NCBI RefSeq assembly: GCF_006345805.1
Contig: NC_043000.1
Location: 4,154,001 to 4,218,000 of the forward strand
DNA: 64,000 nucleotides
Direction of reading: 5' to 3'
Origin: Octopus sinensis
Lineage: Eukaryota
In this document: positions 1 to 11,604 of the stretch, piece by piece
How positions within the stretch are numbered: the first letter of the stretch is position 1
Layout of the letters: every line of letters begins with the position of its first letter
Position numbers and translations under genes: made by a program
Notes under the pieces: generated by a model
The model's database searches: none
What the model was told of the DNA's origin: nothing
The model's input: only the letters and a program-made list of their open reading frames with translations

Positions 1-405
1 ATGTATATATATATATATACATTATATACATGTATATATATATATATAATGTGTGTGGGAAGGGTGTATAAATACACACACAATTTTTTCTCTTATTTAT
101 ATGATAGTAAAAGAGTGATGTGAAATATCTAGCATGAAAACCGGTTGGCATTAATGAAAATATTAAACTAAACTAAAAATAGAATTTGAGCAAAATTCCT
201 TAACTGACGTTTAAGTGTAGATTTTGAACATTATTTTATGCTGTAATAAAACTAAAAACGTGATTTGAATTTCACCACTGAATATGGCATGGCATGGTAT
301 GGCATGGTAACTTGCAAGTTATCACGCACCATAGTTCTTGTCAATTTAGTTTGAGGAAATTTGCCTAAGGAAGATTGCCAACTGGATTTTACTGCAGGAC
401 AATTT

Positions 406-454
406 CATCATCATCAACACCACCACCACCACAACCACCACCACCACCACCACC

Positions 455-501
<47 letters not shown>

Positions 502-535
502 TATCACCATCATCCCCATCACCATCATCATCATT
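406..535. repeat. (CAC/CAT)n triplet microsatellite, expanded tail of a degenerate SINE-C copy
   Basis: Pure CAC/CAT tract followed by catttagtttccactttccatgc, the degenerate SINE-C end. It explains the His/Met/Pro-rich ORFs. Confidence 0.9.
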
Positions 536-910
536 TAGTTTCCACTTTCCATGCTCGAAGGTAATATTTCACCATGACCAGACACATCTCAATGAAGAAT
601 GACATTTGCATGATGGTGACATTCACTTAAAACTATTACATGATGCCACAGCAAAGAGACAGTGTCACACACACACACACGCACACACACACATGTGCAC
701 GCGCGCACACACACAACACACACATACATATCATCATCATAATCATGGGCTTCTTTCAGTTTCCATCTACCAAGTCCACCTGCAAGGCTTTGGTCGGCCT
801 GGGACTCTAGGAGAAGACATTTACCTCCGGTACCATGAAGTGAGGTTGAACCCAAAACCAGGTGGTTGGGACGCAAACTTCTTACCACACAGCCATGCCT
901 GAGAATTTAC

Positions 911-1046
911 CTCATGCAATTCAATCTGAAACTATTTCCCATGAAAACAAGTTGGTGTGTCAGAATTGATGACAGATGAATGCCAATGACTATTGATTCT
1001 AACAGCAGTTGGTATGTCCTCTCCTTTTCAAGCCAGTTCAATGAGG
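911..1046 (-). CDS. Possible internal coding exon (xSLNWLEKERTYQLLLESIVIGIHLSSILTHQLVFMGNSFRLNCMx)
   Basis: 136 nt bounded by tag| and AG|gtaaat. Only one frame is open and the sequence is non-repetitive, but the polypyrimidine tract is weak and I recognise no homology. Confidence 0.25.
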
Positions 1047-1101
1047 CTACGAATTTAAGTTTTGAGGAAGAATTATTTTCATATTTTATTGTTTTAAATC
1101 A

Positions 1102-1275
1102 ATAGGCATAGGAGTGGCTGTGTGATAAGTAGCTTGCTTACGAACCACATGGTTCTGGATTCAGTCCCACTGCGTGGCACCTTAGGCAAGTGTCTTCTAC
1201 TATAGCCTCAGGCCAACCAAAGCCTTGTGAGTGGATTTGGTAGATGGAAACTGAAAGAAGCCCGTCGTATGTATG

Positions 1276-1306
<31 letters not shown>

Positions 1307-1555
1307 GTGTGTGCGTGCGTGCGTGTGTGTGTGTGTTTATGTATGTGTCTGTGTTTGTCCTCCCAACATCGCTTGACAACCGATGCTGGTGTGTTTACGT
1401 CCCCATAACTTAGCGGTTCGGCAAAAGACACCAATAGAATAAGTACTAGGCTTACAATGAATAAGTCCTGGGGTCGATTTGCTCGACTAAAGGTGGTGCT
1501 CCAGCATGGCCTCAGTCAAATGACTGAAACAAGTAAAAGAGTAAAAAAGTAAAAG
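1102..1555 (+). mobile_element. tRNA-derived SINE, family A (octopus CORE-like type), full length
   Basis: Head aggagtggctgtgtg..ggttctggattcagtccc with A/B boxes, then ccttaggcaagtgtc (CORE-like), an internal TA/TG microsatellite and an (aaaagagt)n tail. There are many other copies in the window. Confidence 0.9.
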
Positions 1556-1763
1556 ATAGAGAGAGTCAGCAGCGCTTTCTTTTGAAACTTTGTCTATAGT
1601 TTAAGCTGTTCTTTTCAGATCGAGATCCTTCTCTAACCACTAACCAAATAGGAATGACTTGTTAGCCAACCTTAAACAATACAAAGATTAAGTACTTTAC
1701 TCAAGAGTTACTTGGGAATGGTGATACTAAGGTTTGAACAAGTCCAATAAAAAAGTCTCTACA

Positions 1764-2085
1764 TCAGGGATTCTCAACCATTTTTTACCTTTGGATCTCT
1801 TTGATTATTATTTTATTCCAGTGGACCCCCATAGCCATTCCATGTTCAGAACTAGTTTTATGGAAACTTCTTTCAAAATTCATATTTTGTTCTTCACATA
1901 TGTGTAGGTTGAATTATGTAAAATATTAGAGACAGACACTTATCTGTTTCTTACAATAAATATACCTAAAGCAAAATTTTTTCTGGGGCTCTTGAAATAC
2001 TATTGTAGATCCCCAATTTACTATTTTACTGTATAGACCTCCAAAAATCTTATATGGGCCCTCAGGGACCATATAGACCCCAGTT
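1764..2085. mobile_element. Degenerate hAT-like MITE remnant
   Basis: Begins cagggattctcaacc, a hAT-type end, with a partial reciprocal end ccagttg. Confidence 0.35.
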
Positions 2086-2159
2086 GCTCTACATGGTTAC
2101 CCAATATGCAAGATATGGCAGCTGAATCGCCTTCAAACTACATCATACCATGTCTGAAG

Positions 2160-2541
2160 TGGAGGCGCAATGGCCCAGTGGTTAGGGCAGCGGTCTCGCG
2201 GTCATAGGATCGCAGTTTCGATTCCCAGATCGGGCGTTGTGAGTGTTTATTGAGCGAAAACACCTAAAGCTCCACGAGGCTCCGGCAGGGGATGGTGGTG
2301 ATCCCAGCTGTACTCTTTCACCACAACTGTCTCTCACTCTTACTTCCTGTTTCTGTTGTACCTGTATTTCAAAGGGCCGGCCTTGTCACTCTCTGTGTCA
2401 CACTGAATATCCCCAAGAACTACGTTAAGGGTACACGTGTCTGTGGAGTGCTCAGCCACTTACACGTTAATTTCACAAGCAAGCTGTTCCGTTGATCGGA
2501 TCAACCGGAACCCTCGTCGTCGTAACCGACGGAGTGCTTCC
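2160..2541 (+). mobile_element. tRNA-derived SINE, family D, apparently full length and young
   Basis: tggaggcgcaatggcccagtggttagggcagcg...gtttcgattccc tRNA-like head with A and B boxes and retained CpGs. Related copies at 57131-57320 (+), 44330-44500 (-) and 19960-20045 (-). Confidence 0.85.
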
Positions 2542-2939
2542 AACATTCCAACCATGTCTGAAAAAACAGTACAAGATAGTTATAAAAGGAAAGTTTTTGG
2601 GTCTTGAGTTCAATCAGGATTGACCTGGAGGTTAAGCAGCAGCAACATCAGAAAGAAGGAGGAAGATGCTATGTCTTTGTAGTCTTACATGGTGTATAAA
2701 ATAATGTGTGGTAAGTGGAATTGATCCTACCTCAGAAGTACCATATGCACATGGGTTAAACTACACCTTTATTGTGAATGCTTCTTCCATCGAAAAGCAC
2801 CTCCAGAAATGCTATACCTATGACACCTGAGTTTCTATAGAAGCTACCAAAAGAAACAATGGGAACTTGAGAATAAAAGAAGTTATTTTAATTAAGAAGA
2901 ACAAACCACACAATAACTACAGACCTGAACTACAAGCAG

Positions 2940-2960
2940 CTGATTGGTTACCATGGCAAT
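2940..2960. promoter_or_regulatory. Candidate RFX X-box abutting an inverted CCAAT box
   Basis: ctgattgg (reverse complement CCAATCAG) overlaps GTTACCATGGCAAT, one mismatch from the X-box consensus GTTNCCATGGNAAC, in non-repetitive DNA. Confidence 0.3.
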
Positions 2961-3386
2961 GCAAAACAACCCTTCATACACATTTGCTACTGAACAGCGA
3001 AGCAGAGAAGTCAGCTAACATTGCCTTTTCTCCAAAGATTTTCTGAAGAAGGGATCTTAACTATGAAATATAAGGTATCCATCAAGCAGTATATTCAATT
3101 TTTATCTCTTGCATTGTTTTGATCATAAAAAAATTAATATAATATATTATATTATATTATATCCTATTATACATATATATATATATCGACCACCACTGAA
3201 ATAAATGAACCTTTTACATTCTAACAAATTAATATAGAGTTTTAATTTCAAACTTACACCTTCTGTTTTGAACATGATAATTTATCAACATTGAAACATT
3301 TTAATTTAACAACATTGAAACTTATAACGATGTTTTTCTAATTTTACACTTTTACCATTGATAAACAAGAAATATTGTTGAAACTA

Positions 3387-3941
3387 CAGGGTCAGGCAAA
3401 ATGATCTGACACATTTGTAGGTTAAATAAAAGGCATTGTTTTTCGTTTCTTTTTCAGTTGCTGCCATGAATTGGACTGGTGAGCATCGTGCTTTCATTGT
3501 GGAAACGTTTATCAAAACAAACGATTCTGTAACTGCAACACAAAGAGCGTTCCGTTTGCACTTCAATCTTGGTAGACATGATCCCGTACCAGCTCGAAAC
3601 ACGATCTTGTTATGGGTTACCAACTTCAGAGCTACTGGATCTGCATTGAAACGAAAATCAACCGGCCGACCTCGCACCGCCAGAACTTAAAGATGCAATT
3701 CGTCAAGAAATTACTGCCATTTCACATGAAATGACCCGCCGAGTTATTGACAAATTTCGTGAACGCCCTCGACAGTGTGTGGACAATAATGGATCCCATT
3801 TGACTGATTTAATTTTTAAAACATAATCAAACAAAATGGCATTATATGTACTTTTCAAAAATAAAAACACTTTTTTGTTTCTTTACTTCATTTGCCTTTT
3901 ATTTAACCTACAAATGTGTCAGATCATTTTGCCTGACCCTG
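3387..3941 (+). mobile_element. Internally deleted Tc1/mariner element (rosa/DD41D-like)
   Basis: Perfect 49-bp TIRs (CAGGGTCAGGCAAAATG...AAAAGGCA) and TA on both sides. It encodes the transposase N-terminal HTH (MNWTGEHRAFIVETF...GRPRT) joined to the C-terminal end (ELKDAIRQEI...NNGSHL); the DDD domain is missing. Confidence 0.92.
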
Positions 3942-4034
3942 TAGTTTGGTATATATGTAAATAAATGTATTTTAAACATTTACGAGTTTTTGAAATCTAA
4001 GTGCATTTTCAGCAACACATTTTCCTATATATAT

Positions 4035-4066
<32 letters not shown>

Positions 4067-4213
4067 GCTGTAATAATGAAGTCAAACCAAATAAGATTTT
4101 GAAATCACTTAATACACACCTGGCAGTTTTGCGTGATATATAACAGGAAATGCATCCATTACACAAACCTTTTTCCATTTCTTAACATTACATGAATTTT
4201 ATATCTATATCTA

Positions 4214-4258
<45 letters not shown>

Positions 4259-4380
4259 CTCTATCTCTCTATCTATCTCTCTCTATATATATATAATATT
4301 AATAATAATAAAGTATATGGGGACTTGTACACCCACAAAATTTATTTTATAGTTATATACAGCATATTTTATTATTATTA

Positions 4381-4580
4381 TTCATCGTTTAGCGTTTGTT
4401 TTCCATGCTGGCATGGGTTGGACGGTGCAACTGGGGTCTTGGAAGCCAGAAGGCTGCACCAGGCCCAGTCTGATCTGGCAGTGTTTCTACGACTGGATGC
4501 TCTTCCTAATGCCAACCACTCCATGAGTGTAGTGGGTGCTTTTTACGCGCCACCAGCAATGGGGCCAGACGAGGCTGGCA
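4381..4580 (-). mobile_element. SINE family C (ATG-repeat tail)
   Basis: catcgtttagcgtttgttttccatgctggcatgggttggacgg...ggatgctcttcctaatgccaaccac. Other copies near 7130-7460, 31270-31530, 35560-35900, 43860-44000, 46200-46660, 52120-52430, 52700-53010, 58090-58250, 60260-60440, 62640-62825 and 63650-63750. Confidence 0.88.
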
Positions 4581-4794
4581 ATAAATATAAAATAAATTTT
4601 GTAGACGTACAAATCCTCATATTCTTTATTTTTATTAATATTAAAACAAAGGCAGTGAGCTGGCAGAATTGTTAGCATATGGATATATATGCTAGGTAAT
4701 ACATGCCTAATCCTTTGTTTTTGTGAAACAGGAAGAAACGTTCTTTTAATATAGAAACCTTTAACATTTATTCTTTATATTCTGTTGAAATATA

Positions 4795-5390
4795 GGCAGT
4801 GAGCTGGCAGAAACGTTAGCACACCAGGTGAAATGCTTAGCGGTATCTCATTTGCCACTACGTTCTGAGTTCAAATTCCGCCGAGGGCAGCTTTGCCTTT
4901 CATCCTTTCGAGGTCGATTAAATAAGTACCAGTTACACACTGGGTTCGATATAATCGACTTAATCCGTTTGTCTGTCCTTGTTTGTCCACTCTGTGTTTA
5001 GCCCCTTGTGGGTAGTAAAGAAATAGGTATTTCGTCTGCTGCTACATTCTGAGTTCAAATTCCGCCGAGGTCGACTTTGCCTTTCATCCTTTTGAGGTCG
5101 ATTAAATAAGTACCAGTTATGCACTGGGGTCGATGTAATCGACTTAATCCGTTTGTCTATCCTTGTTGGTCCTCTCTGTGTTTAGCCCCTTGTGGGTAGT
5201 AAAGAAATAGGTATTTCGTCTTTCTTTATGTTCAGGGTTCAAATTCCACCGAGGTCGACTTTGCCTTTCATCCTTTCAGGGTTGATAAATTAAGTACCAG
5301 TTGTATACTGGGGTCGATCTAATTGACTGCCTCCCCCCACCTCCCACAAAATTTCAAGTCTTGTGCCTAGAGCAGAAAAGATATTCTGTT
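4795..5390 (+). mobile_element. SINE family B, tandem trimer
   Basis: aggcagtgagctggcagaaacgttagcac...ctgagttcaaattccgccgagg unit followed by two 5'-truncated restarts at ggtatttcgtc. Other copies near 13880, 15280, 24240, 24886-25330, 33220, 35160, 41938 and 57800. Confidence 0.88.
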
Positions 5391-5968
5391 GAAATCTGTT
5401 GGATGTTATTTATGTATTTCAGGAATATAAAACACTGAATATTTTGTTCAATAGGGATTCTACATTAAATACCTATAATATCTTCTCATTGTTATAAATC
5501 TAAATTTCCATTGAAATATTTTAAAATGCTGAACATTGAATGCTAAAGAGCAATGTGTACAAACTACACTGTTACTCGCAACAAACAAATTTTTATTAAC
5601 ATGCATCTCACATTCAATATTCTTGTCATAAATAGCAATTGTTGTTGAAATATTTTAAAATATCTCATGCCTGAAAGTTGGATGGTCTATAATCATAATA
5701 TTACATGTGCCAAACAGATCAAAAGGTCTTTTATTGCTAATGGATATCTCATATTCAATTTTATATTTAAGAATATAAGATCAGATGATTCGTCACTTTT
5801 ATTATTAAGAATTGGTTAAATTTGAAACTCAGTCACAATTTGTGAAGTTTCAGCCTAAAATTAATTTTACATCTGTCCTCTCTTCTTTCTATCTCTTTTA
5901 CTTTCGATACACATGCATACACATACAAACACATATAGATAGGTAGACAGACAGATATATATATGTAT

Positions 5969-6044
<76 letters not shown>

Positions 6045-6049
6045 GTAGA

Positions 6050-6665
6050 TATGTTTCTTTATTAGCCACACAGGGCTGTACACAGATTGAACAAATTACA
6101 AGGTAGAGCTTTTCTTTTTGGGGAGAAAGAAAAAAAAAGAAAGAAAAATGGGGGGTAGGTTTTCAATCAAAAGGGATTGTAAAAGGAAAGGGAAAGAGGA
6201 AAGACAGGAAAAAAAGTGGTGGAGAAAAAAACGATCAATAGGGATCGTGTATCACAGAAATGTCATGATATAAAGTATAAAGGGGGAAACAGATGAGGTT
6301 TATCCATGGAAAGAAAAGCCTACGGAAAAGACCACAGTAACCTCGGTCAATAATGTCACATGTTAACACATTTATTTGCAAGTAAGTTACTCTCTATTTA
6401 ACATTTTTCCGGATTCATAGGATCATACTCAAGGTGGCTTCGTCATTCATACGTGCATCCTTGCTACATTCACCCAACTTTTTTTGAAACATTCGCTAGA
6501 CAAAACTTGCCTCTCTACTCTCACTTTCCTTTTCAAGTGATACTTGAAGAAGTTGATGAGAGATTGACCAGAGAGGAAAGTGTTTGTCTCTAATCCTTTC
6601 AGACACATCCACCAGATACATTCTTTCACCATAGCCACAAGAATGATGAAAATAGCTCCTGTTTG
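6050..6665 (-). mobile_element. 3' end of an L1/Tx1-like LINE (ORF2 C-terminus plus 3' UTR)
   Basis: The minus frame reads GAIFIILVAMVKECIWWMC...FFKYHLKRKVRVERQVL..F..SW, resembling the Tx1/L1 ORF2 terminus. The UTR ends with AATAAA before an (ATCT)n tract. Confidence 0.6.
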
Positions 6666-8659
6666 AAGATATAGATAGACAGGTAGACAGACAGACGACA
6701 GATAGATAGATAGATAGATACATACATACATGCACATGTGCATGTCTGTGTACGTAAATACGACTGTGCATGTGAATGTGTGGGTATGTTGTATGTGTAC
6801 TTTCTCATCCTCATCATGATGTTGTTTATGATTACCGTAAAAGTATGCCTTACCATTCTGTTGTTAATTTGGCAAAAGTCCAGGGGGTAAAATTCCTTAT
6901 CTGGATACAAGTAAGGGTTGGTGGTAGGAAGAGCACGCACCTGTAGAGTACTATCTTGACAAAGTCTCATCCAATCCATGCCAGCATGGGAAAAAGTGTT
7001 TGTGAAAATTACGATGTTGTCAATATATCATCATCATCACTTCTTCTTTTAGCATCCACTTTTCCATGCTTGCACAGGTCAATAAATTTGTATGTATGTA
7101 TGTATGTTTATCATCATTATCATCACCATCATCGTTTAACGTCCGCTTTCCATGCTAGCATGGGTTGGACGATTTGACTTAGGACTGGCAAATCAGATGG
7201 CTGCACCAGACTCCAATCTGATCTGACAGAGTTTCTACAGCTGGATGCCCTTCCTAATGCCAACCACTCTAAGAGTGTGTGCTTTTACGTACCACTGGCA
7301 CGAGGGTCAGTCAGGAGGTACTGGCAACGGCCACGCTCCAATGGTGCTTTTTATATCTGCCACCTGCACAGGAACCAGTCCAGTGGCACTGGCAATGACC
7401 TCACTCAAATGTTTTTTCACGTGCCACCTGCACAGGTGCCAGTAAGGCGACACAGGTGACAATATAAATGTATATATATATGTATGTCTGTATGTATGTA
7501 TGTATGTATTTGTATGTGTATAGGCACAGACATGACTGTGATTAAGAAGCTTGCTTCCCATATATACTTACTTGAGTAATCTCACAGATTTGGTGTTGTT
7601 ATCATCGTTACTTATGATTGTAAGCACAAAATGACACTTGATGGAAAATATTGCCTTTTTTTCTTTTGTTGTAATCCCTTCTGAATAATGCTAAGTTATT
7701 AAGTAAAAATCTATATCTTTTATTTATACAGAAAAAAGAAAATACCTACTGATTAATCTTTACTGCAGAAAATCTGGGTACCTCAGTTCTTTACATGTGC
7801 ACTTGAGACATAAGAACAGAATTGGCTCATATTTGATAGCAGGGTACTTTCTAGAATTCTCCACATTTCATATGACATATTATGCAGATTATATTTTTGC
7901 TGGTTGTAGGAACTGATTTGCATATGATTTGCATGTTACATCACCAGCAAAAATTGTATCTGAACAGTAAAGGTTAAAGCTCAGAAATTGCACCAACCTG
8001 TAGAATACTATTTCAACAAAGTCTCATTCACCCCATGCCAACATGGAAAAAAGTGGTTGTAAAAATTATAATGCTGTTGTCATTATATACCATCATTGTC
8101 GTTGTCATCATTGCCATCGTTATTATCATCCTCATCATTTTAGCGTCTGTTGAGATAGATTAGCTTAACCACAGAAGAAAACTTAGAAACGCATTTTAAA
8201 TGTTCCTCTATGCCTACATGTCTGTTGTTGATGGTACAAGTATAAGAAGATATAAACATCTATTTGGATTCTAAGACTTCCATTTTCGCATTTGTTGTTT
8301 GTTCTTTCTGTGGCACAAATAAACATTTTTCAATGCAATTTCAACATTTTAGTAAAGGTAAAGTGAAAATACTGACTTTGGTAAATAAAATAAAAATGTT
8401 TTCAAATGTTTGCCTTTGTGATTTATTTACTATCATTTCCATTACTAATTTAATTAGAAATGGCTTTCTTATTAATGTAAATGAAGACGCATAAGTGCAC
8501 AATATCTGCTGTGGTTATTTTGATGTGGAGATGGTGATGGCAACAGTCAGTGGCACATTTCTAAGGCAGCTAAGTGGTGTATGTACATATGATTCTTCTT
8601 TGAGCTTCATCCAAGTTCTTATAAGAGTTCAAGCAAGTTCCTAATAAAGTAACAAGGCT

Positions 8660-8872
8660 ATGTATGTATGTATGTATGTATGTATGTATGTGTGTATGTG
8701 TGTATGTATGTATGTGTGTATGTGTGTATGTATGTATGTATGTGTGTATGTGTGTATGTATGTGTGTATGTGTGTATGTATGTGTGTATGTGTGTACGTA
8801 TGTATGTGTGTATGTGTGTATGTATGTGTGTATGTGTGTATGTATGTATGTATTTATGTATGTGTGTATGTA
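8660..8872. repeat. Compound (TATG/TGTG)n microsatellite
   Basis: Directly visible; source of the MYVC ORFs. Confidence 0.95.
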
Positions 8873-9479
8873 TACTCTTTAGTCTTTATTCTTCTACTTG
8901 TTTAAGTCATTTGACTGCGGCCATGCTGGAGCACCGCCTTTAGTCGAGCAAATCGACCCCAGGACTTATTCTTTGTAAGCCTAGTACTTATTCTATCGGT
9001 CTTTTTCGCTGAACCGCATACCAGCCTCCCCTCTCACCCTTCTAATGTTATCCAGGGGAAAGGCAAAGGCCAATACAGCTTAGCACGAGTGACATCGCAA
9101 CTCATTTCTGCAGCAACATGAAATAAAGGGTCTTGCTCAAGAACACAACACACAGCTTGGTCTGGAAATCGAACTCACAACCTCACAATTGTGAGACTAA
9201 TGCTCTAACCACTGAGCCATCACCATATATTTGTATATGTTTACATATATATATATATTTATATATATATATATATATGTATATGTATGTATGTATATAT
9301 CTATGTATGCATATGTGTGTGTGTGTGTGTGTGTGTATTTATATATATATATATATATATACACACATAAGGAATCCACTTAGTGTGAGATTCAACACAT
9401 TAGAGAGAACATCTAGGTTCTATAAACCACAAAAATAACGGATAAAATTCGACAGGAATAAATTTGGAAATGAGGTTGG

Positions 9480-9548
9480 ACCTCGCCAAAGAAGATCAGA
9501 CCTTGCGAGTTCCCCCAATGAAGATCAGAAACCAATTTGGTCCGGGGT
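9480..9548 (+). ncRNA. Decayed type I hammerhead ribozyme (G5A) in a Penelope-like pLTR
   Basis: Stem I ACCTCG/CGGGGT, core CCAAAGA (from CCGAAGA), stem II GATC/GATC, GAAAC-CAATTTG-GTC. Confidence 0.5.
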
Positions 9549-10051
9549 ACTGGATGGTAAATGTTTTTCATTTCCAAATTTATTCCTGTCGAATTTTGTC
9601 CGTTATTTTTGTGGTTCTCTAATGTGTTGAATCTCACACTAAGTGGATTCCTTATGTGTATAAATATGCACTATATCGTATAACTAATATATAGTCTTCT
9701 TGACTAATTTTTTTGCATGTTAGACCACTGGAAATGTAAATTTTGATTGAATATTTTAAATTTAATTAAATTCCATTTCCCTTTGATATGATTATATATA
9801 TATATTTTTTGTTTTTTAAATAAGGATAAAATCTTTATAAGAAATTATCAGTAGTTAGTGTGAAAAACCTCGTAAGAGAAAAAAATCTGTAAATTTTTTC
9901 AACTTTGAAAATATTTATTTATATTATATAGAGGGTACTATTATTTATAGGTACCGCACGCTAGGAGGGACTTTTTCAGTCAAAACTACTAAAATAAACA
10001 AATTGTACCAAATGCAAAACTTCAAAGCAAGTCATTTAAAAACAGAATTTA

Positions 10052-10115
10052 GTTACATATCACCTGTGATTTCGCAATCAATGCAGAATATGCATTCTAT
10101 GCTCTTCAGTGCAAC
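10052..10115 (-). ncRNA. Type I hammerhead ribozyme, intact core
   Basis: Minus strand: GTTGCA CTGAAGA GCA..TGC GAA ATCAC-AG-GTGAT A TGTAAC. All three stems pair and the cleavage triplet is AUA. Confidence 0.85.
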
Positions 10116-10596
10116 GAACTCAAGACATATAAGAAAAAACACAACATTACATATATATATATTTGTATATGTATATATAATGGGTGTGCAAATATGTATG
10201 TATGTTAGTATGTATGCATTCATATAAATATAAGTGTGTGTATATAGAGGCTGTTACTAGAATGGGAGTGTAAATTAGTGTGTGTGTTATTGTATGGTGG
10301 TGCATAGCAAGTTTGCTGCGTTAATGCAAGCAATGTATGTATGTATGTATGTGGTGGAATTCAAGTATGACTCATTTCGTAGTTGATGTACTTACCTCTG
10401 GAAGTACATTTAAATATACCCTACTGCAGAATTATATGTTTACATCATATGCTAATGTCAATATTTACACAAGCTACTTCTATTTAATAAGAATATATAA
10501 ACACGAAATTGAGTGCATATATCTGCATATATATATAACAGGAAGCTTTACGAAAATAAACAAAAGACGAAGGCAGGTGGAGTACAATATATATAC

Positions 10597-10661
<65 letters not shown>

Positions 10662-10673
10662 ACATATATATAC

Positions 10674-10739
<66 letters not shown>

Positions 10740-10771
10740 GTATATATATACATGCATATATATATATATAC

Positions 10772-10813
<42 letters not shown>

Positions 10814-11412
10814 TATATATATATTCATGCAATGCATATTATTGAATAATCCTTCATCACTGGAATTTGAATAACAACAACGGAGAAGAGTTACATGTTG
10901 AAGTTGGGAAATTCTTGCATATTTTTGCTATTCAGCTAAGCAAATTGTATTTGTAAATTGCATGTTAGTCACTTTCTTTCCTGAAAATGCCAGCTGTTCA
11001 AGGTTGCCATTTAGATATTTCTAACAATAATTAGTGTTGTAGCTAGAATTTGTAACATTTGGGAGCCCTTGAGTTTTGCTTTCCTATTCAAAGGCATATA
11101 ATATCTATTGAAAATGCTTAAACGAAAAGGTGGACAGACATACAGAGAAAATCTTTTATACTTTCTTTTATCTTTTACATGTTTCAGTCATTAGACTACG
11201 ACCATACTGTGGCATTGCCTTGAAGAATTCTTTTGTTGAATGAATCAACACCAGTAATTAATATTTTTCTTTTTTTTGCTAAGCATGGTACTGATTTTGT
11301 CGGTCTTCTTTTGTCGAACCACTAGGCTGCTGGAATATAAACAAATACTGGTTGTCAAGCAATAATGGGGACAAACGCAAACTTAAAGACACAATCACAC
11401 ACACACACACAC

Positions 11413-11447
<35 letters not shown>

Positions 11448-11568
11448 CACACACACACACACATATACGTATATATATAGAAAGAATTCACAAAAAGACA
11501 AAAGACGAAGACAGGTGGTGTAGAAAACAAACAGATGTATTAGTATAACACTTGGGAAGTGAAAAAGT

Positions 11569-11604
11569 CTTTAACGTTTCGAGCCTATGCTCTTCCACAG
11601 AAAG
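11569..11604 (-). ncRNA. Variant hammerhead (CUGUGGAA core, loop-less ACGU stem III)
   Basis: Minus strand: CTTT CTGTGGAA GAGC-ATAG-GCTC GAAAC GTT AAAG, within a ~200-bp interspersed repeat at about 11480-11670. Confidence 0.65.

Noticed and set aside
110-160. catGAAAACCGGTTG, a possible hammerhead half
   Set aside because: There is no recognisable CUGANGA core or stem I.
2160-2235. tRNA gene
   Set aside because: It is the tRNA-like head of a SINE, continues into the SINE body, and lacks a proper acceptor stem and terminator.
2683-2710. 28-nt + strand exon candidate (SYMVYKIMC) with gtaagt donor
   Set aside because: Too short to distinguish from chance, and no supporting neighbour exon.
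6855-8000. Apparent duplicated minus-strand exons (6855-6941 and ~7930-7990) suggesting mutually exclusive splicing
   Set aside because: Both derive from old copies of the SINE 3' region (ggttgg..aggaagggcatccagc.gtagaa..ccatgccagcatgg), also seen at 58640-58760.
10366-10440. Minus-strand CTAC-GAAATGAGTCATA half-hammerhead
   Set aside because: The core and stem I 5' strand are too degraded to count.
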